From: Escherichia coli
GTDB lineage: Bacteria; Pseudomonadota; Gammaproteobacteria; Enterobacterales; Enterobacteriaceae
Assembly: GCF_051903065.1 (NCBI RefSeq)
Contig: NZ_CP178438.1
Reading direction: 5' to 3' (one strand)
DNA: 64,000 bases
Numbering within the stretch: the first letter of the stretch is position 1; every line of letters starts with the position of its first letter. Positions 31,690 to 45,871 of the stretch are shown piece by piece. Both the position numbers and the translations under genes were made by a program. Under the pieces are notes generated by a model. That model had not been told where the DNA came from. It worked only from the letters and a program-made list of their open reading frames with translations, and did no database searches.

Positions 31690-33089
31690 AGTTCTGGCGA
31701 CCCGGTATTACCGGCAAACTGTTTCTGGCGATTTTCGCCACCTGCATTGTCTTGCTGATCAGTATGCACTGGGCGGTGCGTATCAGTTTTGAGCGTGGCT
31801 TTATTGATTACATCAAGCATGGTAATGAACAGCGATTACAACTGTTAAGTGATGCGCTTGGCGAGCAGTATGCGCAGCATGGTAACTGGCGCTTCCTGCG
31901 CAACAATGATCGCTTTGTCTTTCAGATCCTGCGTTCATTTGAACACGATAATTCGGAAGATAAACCCGGCCCGGGTATGCCACCACACGGCTGGCGTACT
32001 CAGTTCTGGGTGGTTGATCAAAACAACAAGGTGCTGGTTGGTCCGCGAGCGCCGATTCCACCTGACGGTACACGGCGACCCATTCTGGTCAACGGTGCGG
32101 AAGTGGGCGCGGTGATTGCCTCCCCTGTTGAGCGGCTGACCCGCAATACTGATATCAATTTCGATAAACAACAGCGGCAAACCAGCTGGCTGATTGTCGC
32201 CCTGGCAACGTTACTCGCGGCGCTCGCCACCTTTCTGCTGGCGCGTGGTCTTTTGGCCCCGGTCAAACGGCTGGTGGACGGCACGCACAAACTGGCGGCG
32301 GGCGATTTCACTACCCGCGTAACGCCCACCAGTGAAGATGAACTGGGCAAACTGGCGCAAGACTTCAACCAGCTCGCCAGCACGCTGGAGAAAAACCAGC
32401 AAATGCGGCGCGATTTTATGGCCGATATTTCTCACGAACTGCGTACGCCATTAGCGGTGCTGCGCGGTGAACTGGAAGCCATTCAGGATGGCGTGCGTAA
32501 ATTCACGCCGGAGACGGTGGCGTCTTTACAGGCGGAGGTCGGTACACTGACCAAACTGGTTGACGATCTTCATCAGTTGTCGATGTCTGATGAAGGCGCT
32601 CTCGCCTATCAAAAAGCACCGGTAGATTTGATCCCACTGCTGGAAGTGGCGGGCGGCGCATTTCGCGAACGATTTGCCAGCCGTGGCCTGAAACTGCAAT
32701 TTTCCCTGCCAGACAGTATCACCGTATTTGGCGATCGCGACCGTTTAATGCAGTTATTCAATAACTTACTGGAAAACAGCCTGCGCTACACTGACAGCGG
32801 CGGCAGCCTGAAAATCTCTGCCGAGCAGCACGACAAAACGGTGCGCCTGACCTTTGCCGACAGTGCGCCAGGTGTCAGTGACGATCAGCTACAAAAATTG
32901 TTTGAACGTTTTTATCGCACCGAAGGTTCCCGCAACCGCGCCAGCGGCGGTTCCGGGCTGGGGCTGGCGATTTGCCTGAACATTGTTGAAGCACATAATG
33001 GCCGCATTATTGCCGCCCATTCGCCTTTTGGCGGGGTAAGCATTACAGTAGAGTTACCGCTGGAACGGGATTTACAGAGAGAAGTATGA
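31686..33089 (+). CDS. baeS: Envelope-stress sensor histidine kinase BaeS, 467 aa
   Basis: HAMP plus HisKA H-box (SHELRTPL) and HATPase motifs; overlaps the mdtD stop. Confidence 0.9.
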
Positions 33090-33808
33090 CCGAGTTACCA
33101 ATCGACGAAAACACACCGCGTATTTTGATCGTGGAAGATGAACCGAAGCTGGGGCAGTTGCTCATTGATTATCTGCGTGCTGCGAGCTATGCGCCGACGC
33201 TTATCAGCCACGGCGATCAGGTACTGCCGTATGTGCGCCAGACACCACCGGATCTGATCCTGTTGGATCTGATGCTCCCTGGCACCGATGGCTTGACGCT
33301 GTGCCGGGAAATTCGTCGTTTTTCTGACATTCCTATCGTGATGGTGACAGCAAAAATCGAAGAGATCGACCGCCTGCTGGGGCTGGAGATTGGCGCAGAT
33401 GACTACATCTGCAAGCCGTACAGCCCACGGGAAGTGGTAGCGCGTGTCAAAACCATTTTGCGCCGTTGCAAACCGCAGCGTGAGTTGCAGCAACAGGATG
33501 CTGAAAGCCCGTTGATTATCGACGAAGGTCGTTTTCAGGCTTCATGGCGCGGTAAAATGCTTGACCTGACGCCTGCGGAATTTCGTCTGCTGAAAACGCT
33601 CTCTCATGAACCAGGAAAAGTGTTCTCCCGCGAGCAATTGCTCAATCATCTTTATGACGACTACCGCGTAGTAACCGACCGCACCATCGACAGCCACATT
33701 AAAAACCTGCGCCGCAAGCTGGAATCTCTCGACGCCGAACAGTCATTTATCCGCGCCGTTTACGGCGTTGGTTACCGCTGGGAAGCCGACGCCTGCCGCA
33801 TCGTTTAG
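33086..33808 (+). CDS. baeR: OmpR-family response regulator BaeR, 240 aa
   Basis: Receiver domain plus winged-helix output domain; overlaps the baeS stop. Confidence 0.9.
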
Positions 33809-33998
33809 TTTTAGCGACATTACTTTGTTAGCCGGAGATGGCGTTCAGACCAGATCCGGCAACATTATCCCACGCATGGTCAGCAAACTGACATTATCTC
33901 TCCGCCCTGGCAGGCATCAGAAAATCGCTCATACTTTACTCGGTAAACAGCACCTTTAGATGCTGTTTTCGATAAGCAATTTCAATCAAGGAGTCATT

Positions 33999-34331
33999 AT
34001 GGCTGGTTGGTTTGAACTCAGTAAGAGCAGTGATAATCAGTTCCGGTTTGTGCTAAAAGCGGGCAATGGTGAGACTATCCTCACCAGCGAGCTGTATACC
34101 TCAAAAGCCTCTGCGGAAAAGGGCATCGCGTCGGTGCGTAGCAACAGCCCGCAAGAAGAACGCTATGAGAAAAAAACGGCAAGCAACGGCAAATTCTATT
34201 TCAATCTGAAAGCCGCCAATCATCAAATTATCGGCTCCAGCCAGATGTATGCCACCGCGCAATCTCGTGAAACCGGAATTGCCTCCGTTAAAGCCAATGG
34301 CACAAGCCAGACGGTGAAAGACAATACGTAA
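33999..34331 (+). CDS. yegP: YegP, tandem DUF1508/UPF0339 small protein, 110 aa
   Basis: Start taken at MAGWFELSK; internal duplication of two ~50-aa repeats. Confidence 0.8.
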   Translation: MAGWFELSKSSDNQFRFVLKAGNGETILTSELYTSKASAEKGIASVRSNSPQEERYEKKTASNGKFYFNLKAANHQIIGSSQMYATAQSRETGIASVKANGTSQTVKDNT

Positions 34332-34478
34332 TTACGATGCCGGGCGTGGATTGTTGGCGTCCGGCGCTTTACCAGATCCCCCCTACAGCGCTACAATGCC
34401 CGCCCTTAAAGTGGGGGCACTCCCCTAACCGCTTCATCAGGTGAAGCGGATCTGACCTGTCATCAGAACGAGAGAATT

Positions 34479-35840
34479 ATGTTTAAACCGGAACTCCTTT
34501 CCCCGGCGGGAACGCTGAAAAATATGCGTTACGCTTTCGCTTATGGCGCAGATGCTGTTTATGCGGGCCAGCCGCGTTACTCCCTGCGTGTGCGCAACAA
34601 CGAATTCAACCACGAAAATCTTCAGCTCGGCATCAATGAAGCCCACGCGCTGGGGAAAAAGTTTTATGTCGTGGTCAACATTGCACCGCACAACGCTAAG
34701 CTGAAAACCTTTATCCGTGACCTGAAACCGGTGGTGGAAATGGGGCCGGATGCGCTGATTATGTCCGATCCAGGGCTGATTATGCTGGTGCGTGAGCACT
34801 TCCCTGAAATGCCGATCCACCTCTCGGTGCAGGCTAACGCCGTAAACTGGGCGACGGTGAAATTCTGGCAGCAAATGGGCCTGACCCGCGTGATCCTCTC
34901 TCGCGAGCTGTCGCTGGAAGAGATTGAAGAGATCCGCAATCAGGTGCCGGATATGGAGATCGAGATCTTCGTTCACGGCGCACTGTGCATGGCCTACTCC
35001 GGTCGCTGCCTGCTCTCTGGCTATATCAACAAGCGCGATCCGAACCAGGGTACCTGCACCAACGCCTGCCGCTGGGAGTACAACGTCCAGGAAGGGAAAG
35101 AAGATGACGTTGGCAACATCGTACACAAGTACGAGCCGATTCCGGTGCAAAATGTTGAGCCGACGCTGGGTATCGGCGCGCCAACCGACAAAGTGTTTAT
35201 GATCGAAGAAGCCCAGCGTCCGGGCGAGTATATGACCGCGTTTGAAGATGAGCACGGCACTTACATTATGAACTCGAAAGATCTGCGCGCCATCGCCCAT
35301 GTAGAACGCCTTACCAAAATGGGCGTGCATTCGCTGAAAATCGAAGGTCGTACCAAATCTTTCTACTATTGCGCACGCACCGCACAGGTTTATCGTAAAG
35401 CTATCGATGATGCCGCTGCGGGCAAACCGTTCGATACCAGCCTGCTGGAAACTCTGGAAGGTCTGGCGCATCGTGGCTATACCGAAGGTTTCCTGCGTCG
35501 TCATACTCACGACGATTATCAGAACTACGAATACGGTTATTCGGTTTCTGACCGCCAGCAGTTTGTTGGTGAGTTTACCGGTGAGCGCAAGGGGGACCTC
35601 GCGGCGGTAGCGGTGAAAAATAAATTCTCCGTTGGCGACAGCCTTGAGCTGATGACGCCGCAAGGCAACATTAACTTTACCCTTGAGCACATGGAAAACG
35701 CCAAAGGCGAAGCTATGCCGGTAGCACCAGGCGATGGTTATACTGTGTGGCTCCCGGTGCCGCAGGATCTTGAGCTAAATTACGCGCTGCTGATGCGTAA
35801 TTTCTCCGGGGAAACCACGCGTAACCCCCACGGTAAGTGA
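34479..35840 (+). CDS. yegQ: Peptidase U32 family protein YegQ, 453 aa
   Basis: 453-aa ORF of the U32 collagenase-like family; the long antisense ORF 34437..35690 is treated as spurious. Confidence 0.85.
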   Translation: MFKPELLSPAGTLKNMRYAFAYGADAVYAGQPRYSLRVRNNEFNHENLQLGINEAHALGKKFYVVVNIAPHNAKLKTFIRDLKPVVEMGPDALIMSDPGLIMLVREHFPEMPIHLSVQANAVNWATVKFWQQMGLTRVILSRELSLEEIEEIRNQVPDMEIEIFVHGALCMAYSGRCLLSGYINKRDPNQGTCTNACRWEYNVQEGKEDDVGNIVHKYEPIPVQNVEPTLGIGAPTDKVFMIEEAQRPGEYMTAFEDEHGTYIMNSKDLRAIAHVERLTKMGVHSLKIEGRTKSFYYCARTAQVYRKAIDDAAAGKPFDTSLLETLEGLAHRGYTEGFLRRHTHDDYQNYEYGYSVSDRQQFVGEFTGERKGDLAAVAVKNKFSVGDSLELMTPQGNINFTLEHMENAKGEAMPVAPGDGYTVWLPVPQDLELNYALLMRNFSGETTRNPHGK

Positions 35841-35872
35841 TTAATTTCGATTATTTTTCCCGGATGGAAAAT

Positions 35873-35888
35873 TCTTAGAAACCGATCA
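35873..35888 (+). promoter_or_regulatory. Candidate CRP site of the cyaR promoter
   Basis: TTAGAaaccgaTCACA is a half-consensus CRP site ~45 bp upstream of the inferred cyaR start; a -10 TATCAT lies at 35912-35917. Confidence 0.4.
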
Positions 35889-35924
35889 CATACAGCTGCA
35901 TTTATTAAGGTTATCATCCGTTTC

Positions 35925-36011
35925 GCTGAAAAACATAACCCATAAAATGCTAGCTGTACCAGGAACCACCTCCTTAGCCTGTGTAATCTCCCTTACACGG
36001 GCTTATTTTTT
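35925..36011 (+). ncRNA. cyaR: CyaR (RyeE) Hfq-dependent sRNA, ~87 nt
   Basis: GCTGAAAAACATAACCCATAAAATGCTAGCTGTACCAGGAACCACCTCCTTAGCCTGTGTAATCTCCCTTACACGGGCTTATTTTTT matches CyaR as I recall it, including the terminator hairpin and U-tail. Confidence 0.85.
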
Positions 36012-36169
36012 ATGCATAAGCCCTATCCCTGGTCACCGTCTTCCATTGACCACATCGATAGAATCTCCCTTCATAGCACGATGCCTTTCACATAACGGCA
36101 TCGTGCTCGCCCAGGTTCCGGCTACGCACAGCCAGAACGCGCATGTTTGACGCTTACCAAAAAATATTC

Positions 36170-36487
36170 TCACTCTCCACATTTGAATGTCAGGCGAGCG
36201 ACACCATGTAATCCTGCACCTTCTGTCTTCAGGTCAACTATCTGCATTTTTTTGCCCTGAGTAACACAGAAATGGGCTGCATCATTTTTTACTATATTTT
36301 CTGCACCAGAAATTCTGCCCCTGGCTAAAGAAGCTTCGGCTTCGGTGTAGTATTGGTTATCGAGTTTACGCTGAATATTACTTTTATATGCAAGGCCAAA
36401 TTTACCAATACTTGTCTCATCATTATGCACAGCACAACCAGACATAATAAAAATACTAATCAATGATATAGCAGCTATCTTTTTCAT
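36170..36487 (-). CDS. yegR: YegR, small putative lipoprotein, ~105 aa
   Basis: Start taken at MKKIAAISLISIFIMSGCA (lipobox); AT-rich; track ORF extends 35 codons upstream. Confidence 0.7.
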   Translation of the reverse strand: MKKIAAISLISIFIMSGCAVHNDETSIGKFGLAYKSNIQRKLDNQYYTEAEASLARGRISGAENIVKNDAAHFCVTQGKKMQIVDLKTEGAGLHGVARLTFKCGE

Positions 36488-36900
36488 CTCACCTTTCCCC
36501 ATTAAATACCAACGACACTCTCTAGTGTTTAAATATAATAATGGCTGATTATTATATTTGAATAGGATTATAATAAATGTTCTGTACAACATTTCCTACA
36601 TAAGTAGGAATTACAGACATGAAGGCCCTTTCCAAGTAACTCCATGGGGCTTTAATATATTTGGAATAGTATATTTAAGATGCCACTGTTTGGTTGAATA
36701 TTAGGCATATGCTCTTTTTTGAAATTTATCGGTGGCTGCCGTTAGTATTCGCTGTCCCCATTGCAAGCTCCTGGTGGTAACCACTGAATCCCCCATACTT
36801 GAACTGACTTTTTATCCTCCGACTTTCATCCTGTTCTGACTCCACCTTTTCTTTTCTGCTCTACACTATCTACAGACCAATCATAAAGGCACATACGATC

Positions 36901-37800
36901 ATGGCAGAATTTCCCGCCAGCTTACTGATTCTTAATGGCAAAAGTACTGACAATTTACCATTGCGCGAAGCAATTATGCTGTTGCGTGAGGAAGGAATGA
37001 CGATCCATGTGCGGGTCACCTGGGAGAAAGGCGATGCCGCACGATATGTAGAGGAGGCCCGGAAGTTGGGCGTCGCAACGGTGATTGCCGGTGGTGGCGA
37101 TGGCACCATTAATGAAGTTTCTACAGCGTTGATTCAGTGTGAGGGGGATGACATACCCGCGCTGGGAATTTTACCATTAGGAACCGCCAATGATTTTGCC
37201 ACCAGTGTAGGGATTCCTGAGGCACTGGATAAGGCGCTGAAACTGGCAATTGCCGGTAATGCCATTGCGATAGATATGGCGCAGGTCAACAAACAAACCT
37301 GTTTTATTAATATGGCGACAGGCGGGTTTGGGACGCGTATTACCACAGAAACACCGGAAAAATTAAAAGCCGCGCTGGGTGGCGTCTCTTACATCATTCA
37401 TGGCTTAATGCGCATGGATACTCTGCAACCGGACCGTTGTGAAATCCGCGGTGAAAACTTTCACTGGCAAGGTGACGCCCTGGTCATTGGTATTGGTAAC
37501 GGGCGTCAGGCCGGTGGCGGTCAACAATTGTGCCCGAACGCGTTAATTAACGATGGCTTGCTGCAACTGCGCATTTTTACCGGCGATGAAATTCTTCCGG
37601 CTCTCGTATCAACCTTAAAATCTGACGAAGATAACCCGAATATTATCGAAGGCGCTTCGTCGTGGTTTGATATACAAGCCCCACACGAAATCACTTTTAA
37701 TCTTGATGGCGAACCGTTGAGCGGACAAAACTTTCATATTGAAATACTTCCGGCGGCGTTGCGTTGTCGATTACCACCAGATTGTCCATTATTGCGTTAA
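36901..37800 (+). CDS. yegS: Lipid kinase YegS (DAG-kinase-like fold), 299 aa
   Basis: GGDGT nucleotide-binding motif. Confidence 0.85.
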   Translation: MAEFPASLLILNGKSTDNLPLREAIMLLREEGMTIHVRVTWEKGDAARYVEEARKLGVATVIAGGGDGTINEVSTALIQCEGDDIPALGILPLGTANDFATSVGIPEALDKALKLAIAGNAIAIDMAQVNKQTCFINMATGGFGTRITTETPEKLKAALGGVSYIIHGLMRMDTLQPDRCEIRGENFHWQGDALVIGIGNGRQAGGGQQLCPNALINDGLLQLRIFTGDEILPALVSTLKSDEDNPNIIEGASSWFDIQAPHEITFNLDGEPLSGQNFHIEILPAALRCRLPPDCPLLR

Positions 37801-37835
37801 TCAAACTATTCTCTCTTGAACCAGGGAGAATTCGT

Positions 37836-37872
37836 AATGCCGGATGCGGTGTAAACACCTTATCCGGCATAC
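37836..37872. repeat. REP element
   Basis: GCCGGATGCGGTGTAAACACCTTATCCGGCAT between yegS and gatR. Confidence 0.65.
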
Positions 37873-37881
37873 AGAACAATA

Positions 37882-38661
37882 CTACACCGTAATTAATTTC
37901 ACCCGTGTCTTCTGCAATGCCAGTTTATCCACATCTGACACGGCATCATCGGTAATAATAATGTCAATTTTTTCGATTGGCAGTACCTGATTAAAACCGC
38001 GACGATTAAATTTCGATGAATCGAGAACGGCAATCACTTTATTTGCGGCGGTGACCATCGCCCCGCTAATCGAATAACCTTCATTAAAGGTCGTAATACC
38101 ATTAACCGCATCAATACCATCAGCACCGACAAACATTAAATCGGCATTAATATCCTGCAATGAACGCTCGGCAATGGAACCATGCATCGAGCGCGTTTTA
38201 TGGCGGACCGTGCCACCGCAGACGACCAGAGTAATGTCTTTATTTTCGGAAAGGGCAAACGCTGCCGGGAGACTGTTGGTAATCACCGTGATATTTTTGG
38301 CGGTCATTAATCCTTCGGCGATAAGCATTGTCGTACTTCCGCTGTCGAGAATAACGGTCATCCCTTCGTGGATCATTTTGACTGCCGCCTGCGCTATTCT
38401 GTTTTTTGGCGCGCTGGCGAGCTGAAATCGCTCTTTAAACCCGACTTCCTGGGTCTCGGTTTCACTATTACCGGACATTATTTTCGCCGCACCGCCATGA
38501 AAGCGCGTAACCACGCCTTTTTGTTCGAGAAAGCGCAAATCGGCACGGATTGTCGCTTCCGAGGCAGCAAATACTCCCGCCAGATCCTGAACAAGCACGG
38601 TTCCCTGTTCATTCACTAATTGGATGATCTTATTCCTTCGCTCGAATGAATTCATCGTCAT
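37882..38661 (-). CDS. gatR: DeoR-family galactitol operon repressor GatR, intact
   Basis: ~257-aa DeoR-type HTH plus sugar-binding domain, uninterrupted here. Alternative start MNSFERR at 38655. Confidence 0.85.
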   Translation of the reverse strand: MTMNSFERRNKIIQLVNEQGTVLVQDLAGVFAASEATIRADLRFLEQKGVVTRFHGGAAKIMSGNSETETQEVGFKERFQLASAPKNRIAQAAVKMIHEGMTVILDSGSTTMLIAEGLMTAKNITVITNSLPAAFALSENKDITLVVCGGTVRHKTRSMHGSIAERSLQDINADLMFVGADGIDAVNGITTFNEGYSISGAMVTAANKVIAVLDSSKFNRRGFNQVLPIEKIDIIITDDAVSDVDKLALQKTRVKLITV

Positions 38662-38760
38662 TTACCCATATTCAATTGTGGCTAGTGTAAACGAAGGGGG
38701 ACCATTGGTGAATGATCTGTTTTGCACAATACCGGGCCAGCATCACGCTGGCCCGCGGTT

Positions 38761-39801
38761 TCAGGGAATGAGCAACACTTTGCCCGGCATAGCATTACGA
38801 GCGATGTCACGCACCGCCTGGGCGAAGCTTTCAAAGCTTCCACGGTGAGCGATTAATGGCTCCAGGCTTAACTTACGTTCTGTCAGCAACCGGCTCGCCG
38901 TTTCCCACTCCTGCCCCGGCCAAGGGCTGGAATAGTTCATCCAACTGCCGATAACTGTCAGCTCTTTACGCAATATTTTGCCAAACGTTGCCGATGTTAA
39001 ATGCAGATCCTGATGCAACGTCCCCACCAGCGCCAGTTGGGCATGAGGACCGGCAATCTCTACCGCCAGTTCGACAGTTTGCGGTACGCCAGCCGTCTCG
39101 AGGATAAGCTGATTAAAGCGCAGTTCGCGTAAAACGCTCTGCATTTGCGGCGCGCTCATTTCGCTACTGTTAAATGTTTGCATCGCACCGAAAGATTTTG
39201 CCAGTGCCAGTTTTTCTGAACTAATGTCGATAGCCGTCACACTCTTTGCTCCCAGCGCGACAGCGCACTGAATGGCCAGCAGGCCAATGGTTCCGGCACC
39301 AATAATAATAACGTTTTTATTCTCACAACCTTGCGCTAAATGAAAAGCATGCAGGCCAACGGTAATCGGTTCAATAAAAGCCCCATCCTCAATAGGCATA
39401 TCCGTGGGTAGAGCAAAGACATTTTTTCGCTTAACGACAATATATTCAGCAAATCCACCATCACGCCGCGAGCCAATAAAATCATATTTTGCGCACTGGG
39501 AATAAAACCCTTTCAAACACTCTGGACAAGTAAAACAGGGTAATAACGGCACACAGGCAACCGCATCGCCAGGGTGTAAATCATCAACACCGGATCCCAC
39601 AGCATCAATATAGCCGCTAAATTCATGGCCTAACGTTATTGGATAATAATGTGCACCATTTTTAAATATCCTGGGTAAATCGGAACCACATAAGCCCGAG
39701 CTGGCAATTTTTACCCGCACCTCATCCTGATGTTTAATTTCAGGAATGACGCTTTCTGCAACGCGCACGATACCATCAGTATCATTCACCACTGATTTCA
39801 T
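38761..39801 (-). CDS. gatD: Galactitol-1-phosphate 5-dehydrogenase, 346 aa
   Basis: Zn-dependent MDR-family dehydrogenase with cysteine ligands. Confidence 0.9.
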   Translation of the reverse strand: MKSVVNDTDGIVRVAESVIPEIKHQDEVRVKIASSGLCGSDLPRIFKNGAHYYPITLGHEFSGYIDAVGSGVDDLHPGDAVACVPLLPCFTCPECLKGFYSQCAKYDFIGSRRDGGFAEYIVVKRKNVFALPTDMPIEDGAFIEPITVGLHAFHLAQGCENKNVIIIGAGTIGLLAIQCAVALGAKSVTAIDISSEKLALAKSFGAMQTFNSSEMSAPQMQSVLRELRFNQLILETAGVPQTVELAVEIAGPHAQLALVGTLHQDLHLTSATFGKILRKELTVIGSWMNYSSPWPGQEWETASRLLTERKLSLEPLIAHRGSFESFAQAVRDIARNAMPGKVLLIP

Positions 39802-39848
39802 AAAAACTCCTGATTGTTAAGGGGGATAACCTCCCCCTCAGGTAAAAA

Positions 39849-41204
39849 TTATTCTGCGAGAACGGCTTTCTCTTGTTTAATAAAACCACGCGCTCTACGC
39901 CAGGTCATGAAAATACCGGTCAGATAAATTGCGCCGATAATAATGAAACCGGGAATATTTTGCGGGGAGAAAACCTGAATCAGTAACCAGGTAATGGGAG
40001 AACCGCCCTGATCCATTGAAGCCACCATACCCCCGGCTTTTAACGCCCCAGCATTAGCCGCCAGTTGGGTGTGCAAACCAATAGTTTGCGTCGCGATCCA
40101 CAGAGTGATGCTCATGATGATGACACCCGAGATTAAGGTGCGGAACAGATTTCCACGATGCACCGCGACCGCCATCGCCACAAAGAAGCCGATAGTGGCA
40201 AGATCGCCAAACGGCAGCACCTGATTACCCGGCACACAAACAGCAATTAAAATGGTGAGCGGGATAAAAATCAGGCTTGCCGATACCACCGCCGTATGCC
40301 CCAGCAGCAACGCCGGATCAAGGCCAATCAGGAACTCCTGACCGCCGAACTTCGCCTGTAAACGACTACGGGCCTGCTTAGCGATGGGCGTTAAACCATC
40401 CATGATGGGTTTAATCACCCGTGGCATCAGCAGCATCACCGCCGCCGTTTTTACCGCCAGCTGCAATACACCTTTGACATCGTAACCCGCGAGGATGCCG
40501 ATAATCAGCCCCATCACAAAACCCACGGTGACAGGCTCGCCAAACGGACCAAATTTGCGCTGAATATCGTCGGCGCTAAATTTAATACGGTTTATGCCTG
40601 GGATTTTCTCGATAATGGCATCGACCAGCACCGCAATCGGCCCCATATACGCCGACGTACCGTGCGGAATAGCAATGCCTTCCAGCTCAAAGAAATTTCG
40701 GGTATCGCGGGCAAACCAGTCGCCGAGCTTATAAACAAACGCCGCGTGAATTACCACACCCGCCATCCCTATCATCCATGAACCGGTTGCCAGATGCAGC
40801 AACGCGCCGGTGAAGGTCATATGCCAGATATTCCAGATATCAACATTTACCACCCGCGTCATACGGGTCAGTAACATCGCCACGTTAACCAGAATCGCAA
40901 TCGGAATCGCCACCAGCGCAATTTGCGACGCCCAGGTCATTGGTGAAGAGCCCGGCCAGCCAACATCGACCACATGCAGATTCAGGTCGAAATTTTCCGC
41001 CATCGCTTTCGCCGCCGGGCCAATGGAATCCAGCATTAAGCCAATCACAAGGCCAATGCCAACAAAGCCAATCCCGATATGCAGACCCGCTTTAAAGCAA
41101 TCGCCTGCCTTCATGCCTAATATTTTAGAAAAAATAATGATGACAATCGGCAGCATCACCGTAGGGCCGAGATCGAGAATATAACGCATGACTTCTGAAA
41201 ACAT
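39849..41204 (-). CDS. gatC: PTS galactitol-specific EIIC, 451 aa
   Basis: Polytopic membrane protein following gatD. Confidence 0.9.
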   Translation of the reverse strand: MFSEVMRYILDLGPTVMLPIVIIIFSKILGMKAGDCFKAGLHIGIGFVGIGLVIGLMLDSIGPAAKAMAENFDLNLHVVDVGWPGSSPMTWASQIALVAIPIAILVNVAMLLTRMTRVVNVDIWNIWHMTFTGALLHLATGSWMIGMAGVVIHAAFVYKLGDWFARDTRNFFELEGIAIPHGTSAYMGPIAVLVDAIIEKIPGINRIKFSADDIQRKFGPFGEPVTVGFVMGLIIGILAGYDVKGVLQLAVKTAAVMLLMPRVIKPIMDGLTPIAKQARSRLQAKFGGQEFLIGLDPALLLGHTAVVSASLIFIPLTILIAVCVPGNQVLPFGDLATIGFFVAMAVAVHRGNLFRTLISGVIIMSITLWIATQTIGLHTQLAANAGALKAGGMVASMDQGGSPITWLLIQVFSPQNIPGFIIIGAIYLTGIFMTWRRARGFIKQEKAVLAE

Positions 41205-41207
41205 AGG

Positions 41208-41492
41208 TCACCCCTGTAAGATAGTCAGAATTTTATTTTGTAATGCTTCGATACCGACACCAGAAACAAAAGGCATGCCGTGAACTAACGGAATATCGCC
41301 AAAACTACGGTCAACTTTGGCGGTAGTACATATCAAATGCACACCATCCATATAGGTTTCTATTTCATTAACCCGACACTGGATTAATTCAACAGGAATA
41401 TTATGACTCTGACACAACTCTTTAATTTCTTCCGCCGCCATCGTAGAGGTCGCAACCGCGCCTCCGCAAGCGACAATAATCTTGCGTTTCAT
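41208..41492 (-). CDS. gatB: PTS galactitol-specific EIIB, 94 aa
   Basis: 94-aa ORF with the active-site Cys region ([11 protein letters not shown]). Confidence 0.9.
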   Translation of the reverse strand: MKRKIIVACGGAVATSTMAAEEIKELCQSHNIPVELIQCRVNEIETYMDGVHLICTTAKVDRSFGDIPLVHGMPFVSGVGIEALQNKILTILQG

Positions 41493-41522
41493 AAATAGTC
41501 CTTTTTATTGTTACAGAGGGAT

Positions 41523-41975
41523 TTATTCGTCTGAATCTAAAACATACTTTGTGAAGTATTCCTTTAACTGAGTTTCAGGAAGAGTGATTAGTGTCTCGAC
41601 GATATCGGGCTGTTGTAACTTGCCAAATAAACAGCGTAAAAGTTTCAATTGCTGCTGCGGATTTTCCACAATCAACGCAATAACCAACGATACCGCCACG
41701 TCATTATCATCATCCGCTTGCTGAAAATGAACTTTATTTGTTGGCCTTAACAGATAAATGGCTGACGACTTAGCATGAATCGCCTCACAATGCGGTATTG
41801 CAATGGCGTGCTGCTCAAGCATTATCCCGGTAGGGAATTCTGCTTCTCTGGCAATTAATGCCTGTGGCCAGGTATCATGAACCACACCTTTGGCGAGCAT
41901 CTCATTACCGATATGGGTTAAAACTTCGCTACGATCGACAAAAGAAATTCCGCTACGAACAAACAGGTTAGTCAT
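41523..41975 (-). CDS. gatA: PTS galactitol-specific EIIA, 150 aa
   Basis: 150-aa ORF of EIIA (mannitol/fructose-type) fold. Confidence 0.9.
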   Translation of the reverse strand: MTNLFVRSGISFVDRSEVLTHIGNEMLAKGVVHDTWPQALIAREAEFPTGIMLEQHAIAIPHCEAIHAKSSAIYLLRPTNKVHFQQADDDNDVAVSLVIALIVENPQQQLKLLRCLFGKLQQPDIVETLITLPETQLKEYFTKYVLDSDE

Positions 41976-41984
41976 ATACCGTCC

Positions 41985-44185
<2,201 letters not shown>

Positions 44186-44295
44186 TTAAATGTCGAGATA
44201 ACGATCACAAAAACGACAATATGAAAATTAATCCAGAATGACAGGCAAAAAAACGGCCTCCCGGGGGAAGCCGTAACGAAGTGTGCGTGTTTTTA

Positions 44296-44350
44296 TGCCG
44301 GATGCGGTGTAAACATACGTGGCAGTGCTATGTAGGCATGATAAGACGCT
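44296..44350. repeat. REP-like sequence, left part of a REP palindrome split by the IS
   Basis: GCCGGATGCGGTGTAAACA... then GTAGGCATGATAAGACGCTTCC abuts the IS left end. Confidence 0.5.
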
Positions 44351-44404
44351 TCCTGAACTGCACCCCAAATGTTGGACATAATCTGACATCTGAAGGTGCA
44401 GTTT

Positions 44405-44926
44405 ATGAAACATTCATTTGAAGTAAAACTTGCCGCTGTAAATCATTACCTGGCCGGTCATGCAGGCATCATTTCTACGGCAAAACTCTTTCAACTTTCT
44501 CACACCAGCCTCTCACACTGGATTAATCTTTTTCTTCTTCACGGTCCTCAGGCACTGGATTGCAGACACAAGCGTAGCTATTCTCCTGAAGATAAACTTT
44601 GCGTGGTTCTTTATGCTCTCGGGCATTCTGAGTCTCTACCCCGGGTAGCTGCCCGGTTTAACATTCCCAGCCACAACATGGTTAAAAACTGGATAAAAGG
44701 CTACCGCAAATCTGGTAATGAGGCCTTTATCAGGCGCAGGAAGGAGAAAAGCATGACCCGTTCTGATGATACCCATGAAAACGAGGCAAACATGACGCCG
44801 GAAGAGATGAAGAATGAGCTGCGTTATCTTCGCGCAGAAAATGCATATCTGAAAGCCATGCAGGAGCATCTCCTGGAAAAAAAGCGCCAGGAGCTGGAGA
44901 AAAAACGAAAGTCATCCAGAACCTGA
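44405..44926 (+). CDS. IS150-like transposase OrfA (HTH), 173 aa
   Basis: Start at MKHSFEVKLAAVNHY; C-terminal leucine-zipper-like region; an A6 run (44900-44905) near the 3' end is the probable -1 frameshift site. Confidence 0.75.
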   Translation: MKHSFEVKLAAVNHYLAGHAGIISTAKLFQLSHTSLSHWINLFLLHGPQALDCRHKRSYSPEDKLCVVLYALGHSESLPRVAARFNIPSHNMVKNWIKGYRKSGNEAFIRRRKEKSMTRSDDTHENEANMTPEEMKNELRYLRAENAYLKAMQEHLLEKKRQELEKKRKSSRT

Positions 44927-45030
44927 AGTGCGGACACTGCCAGTCTGACCTGTTAAAGGCTGCAGGGCTGGCCAGAAGCACGCTGTACTACCAGCTGTCA
45001 CTGCAGAAGGCTAAGGACAAGTATGCTGAT

Positions 45031-45774
<744 letters not shown>

Positions 45775-45787
45775 AGTTCAGTTCAGC

Positions 45788-45866
45788 CAGCGTCGCATCA
45801 GGCATAGGTTACCGGATGCAGTGTAAACGCCTTATCCGTCCTACGGGGTGGTGCTGTTCGTATGAG
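45788..45866. repeat. REP/BIME sequences (right part of the split REP plus a further REP)
   Basis: GCCAGCGTCGCATCAGGCAT... and CCGGATGCAGTGTAAACGCCTTATCCGTCCTAC immediately right of the IS. Confidence 0.6.
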
Positions 45867-45871
45867 GCGTA

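Noticed and set aside
34437-35690. 417-aa minus-strand ORF fully antisense to yegQ
   Set aside because: The plus-strand frame encodes a clearly recognisable peptidase U32 protein; the antisense ORF is low-complexity and is best explained as a chance open frame in a GC-rich gene.
36170-36592. Full 140-aa extent of the track ORF for yegR
   Set aside because: The N-terminal 35 codons precede a strong lipoprotein signal peptide (MKKIAAISLISIFIMSGCA); the shorter product is more plausible.
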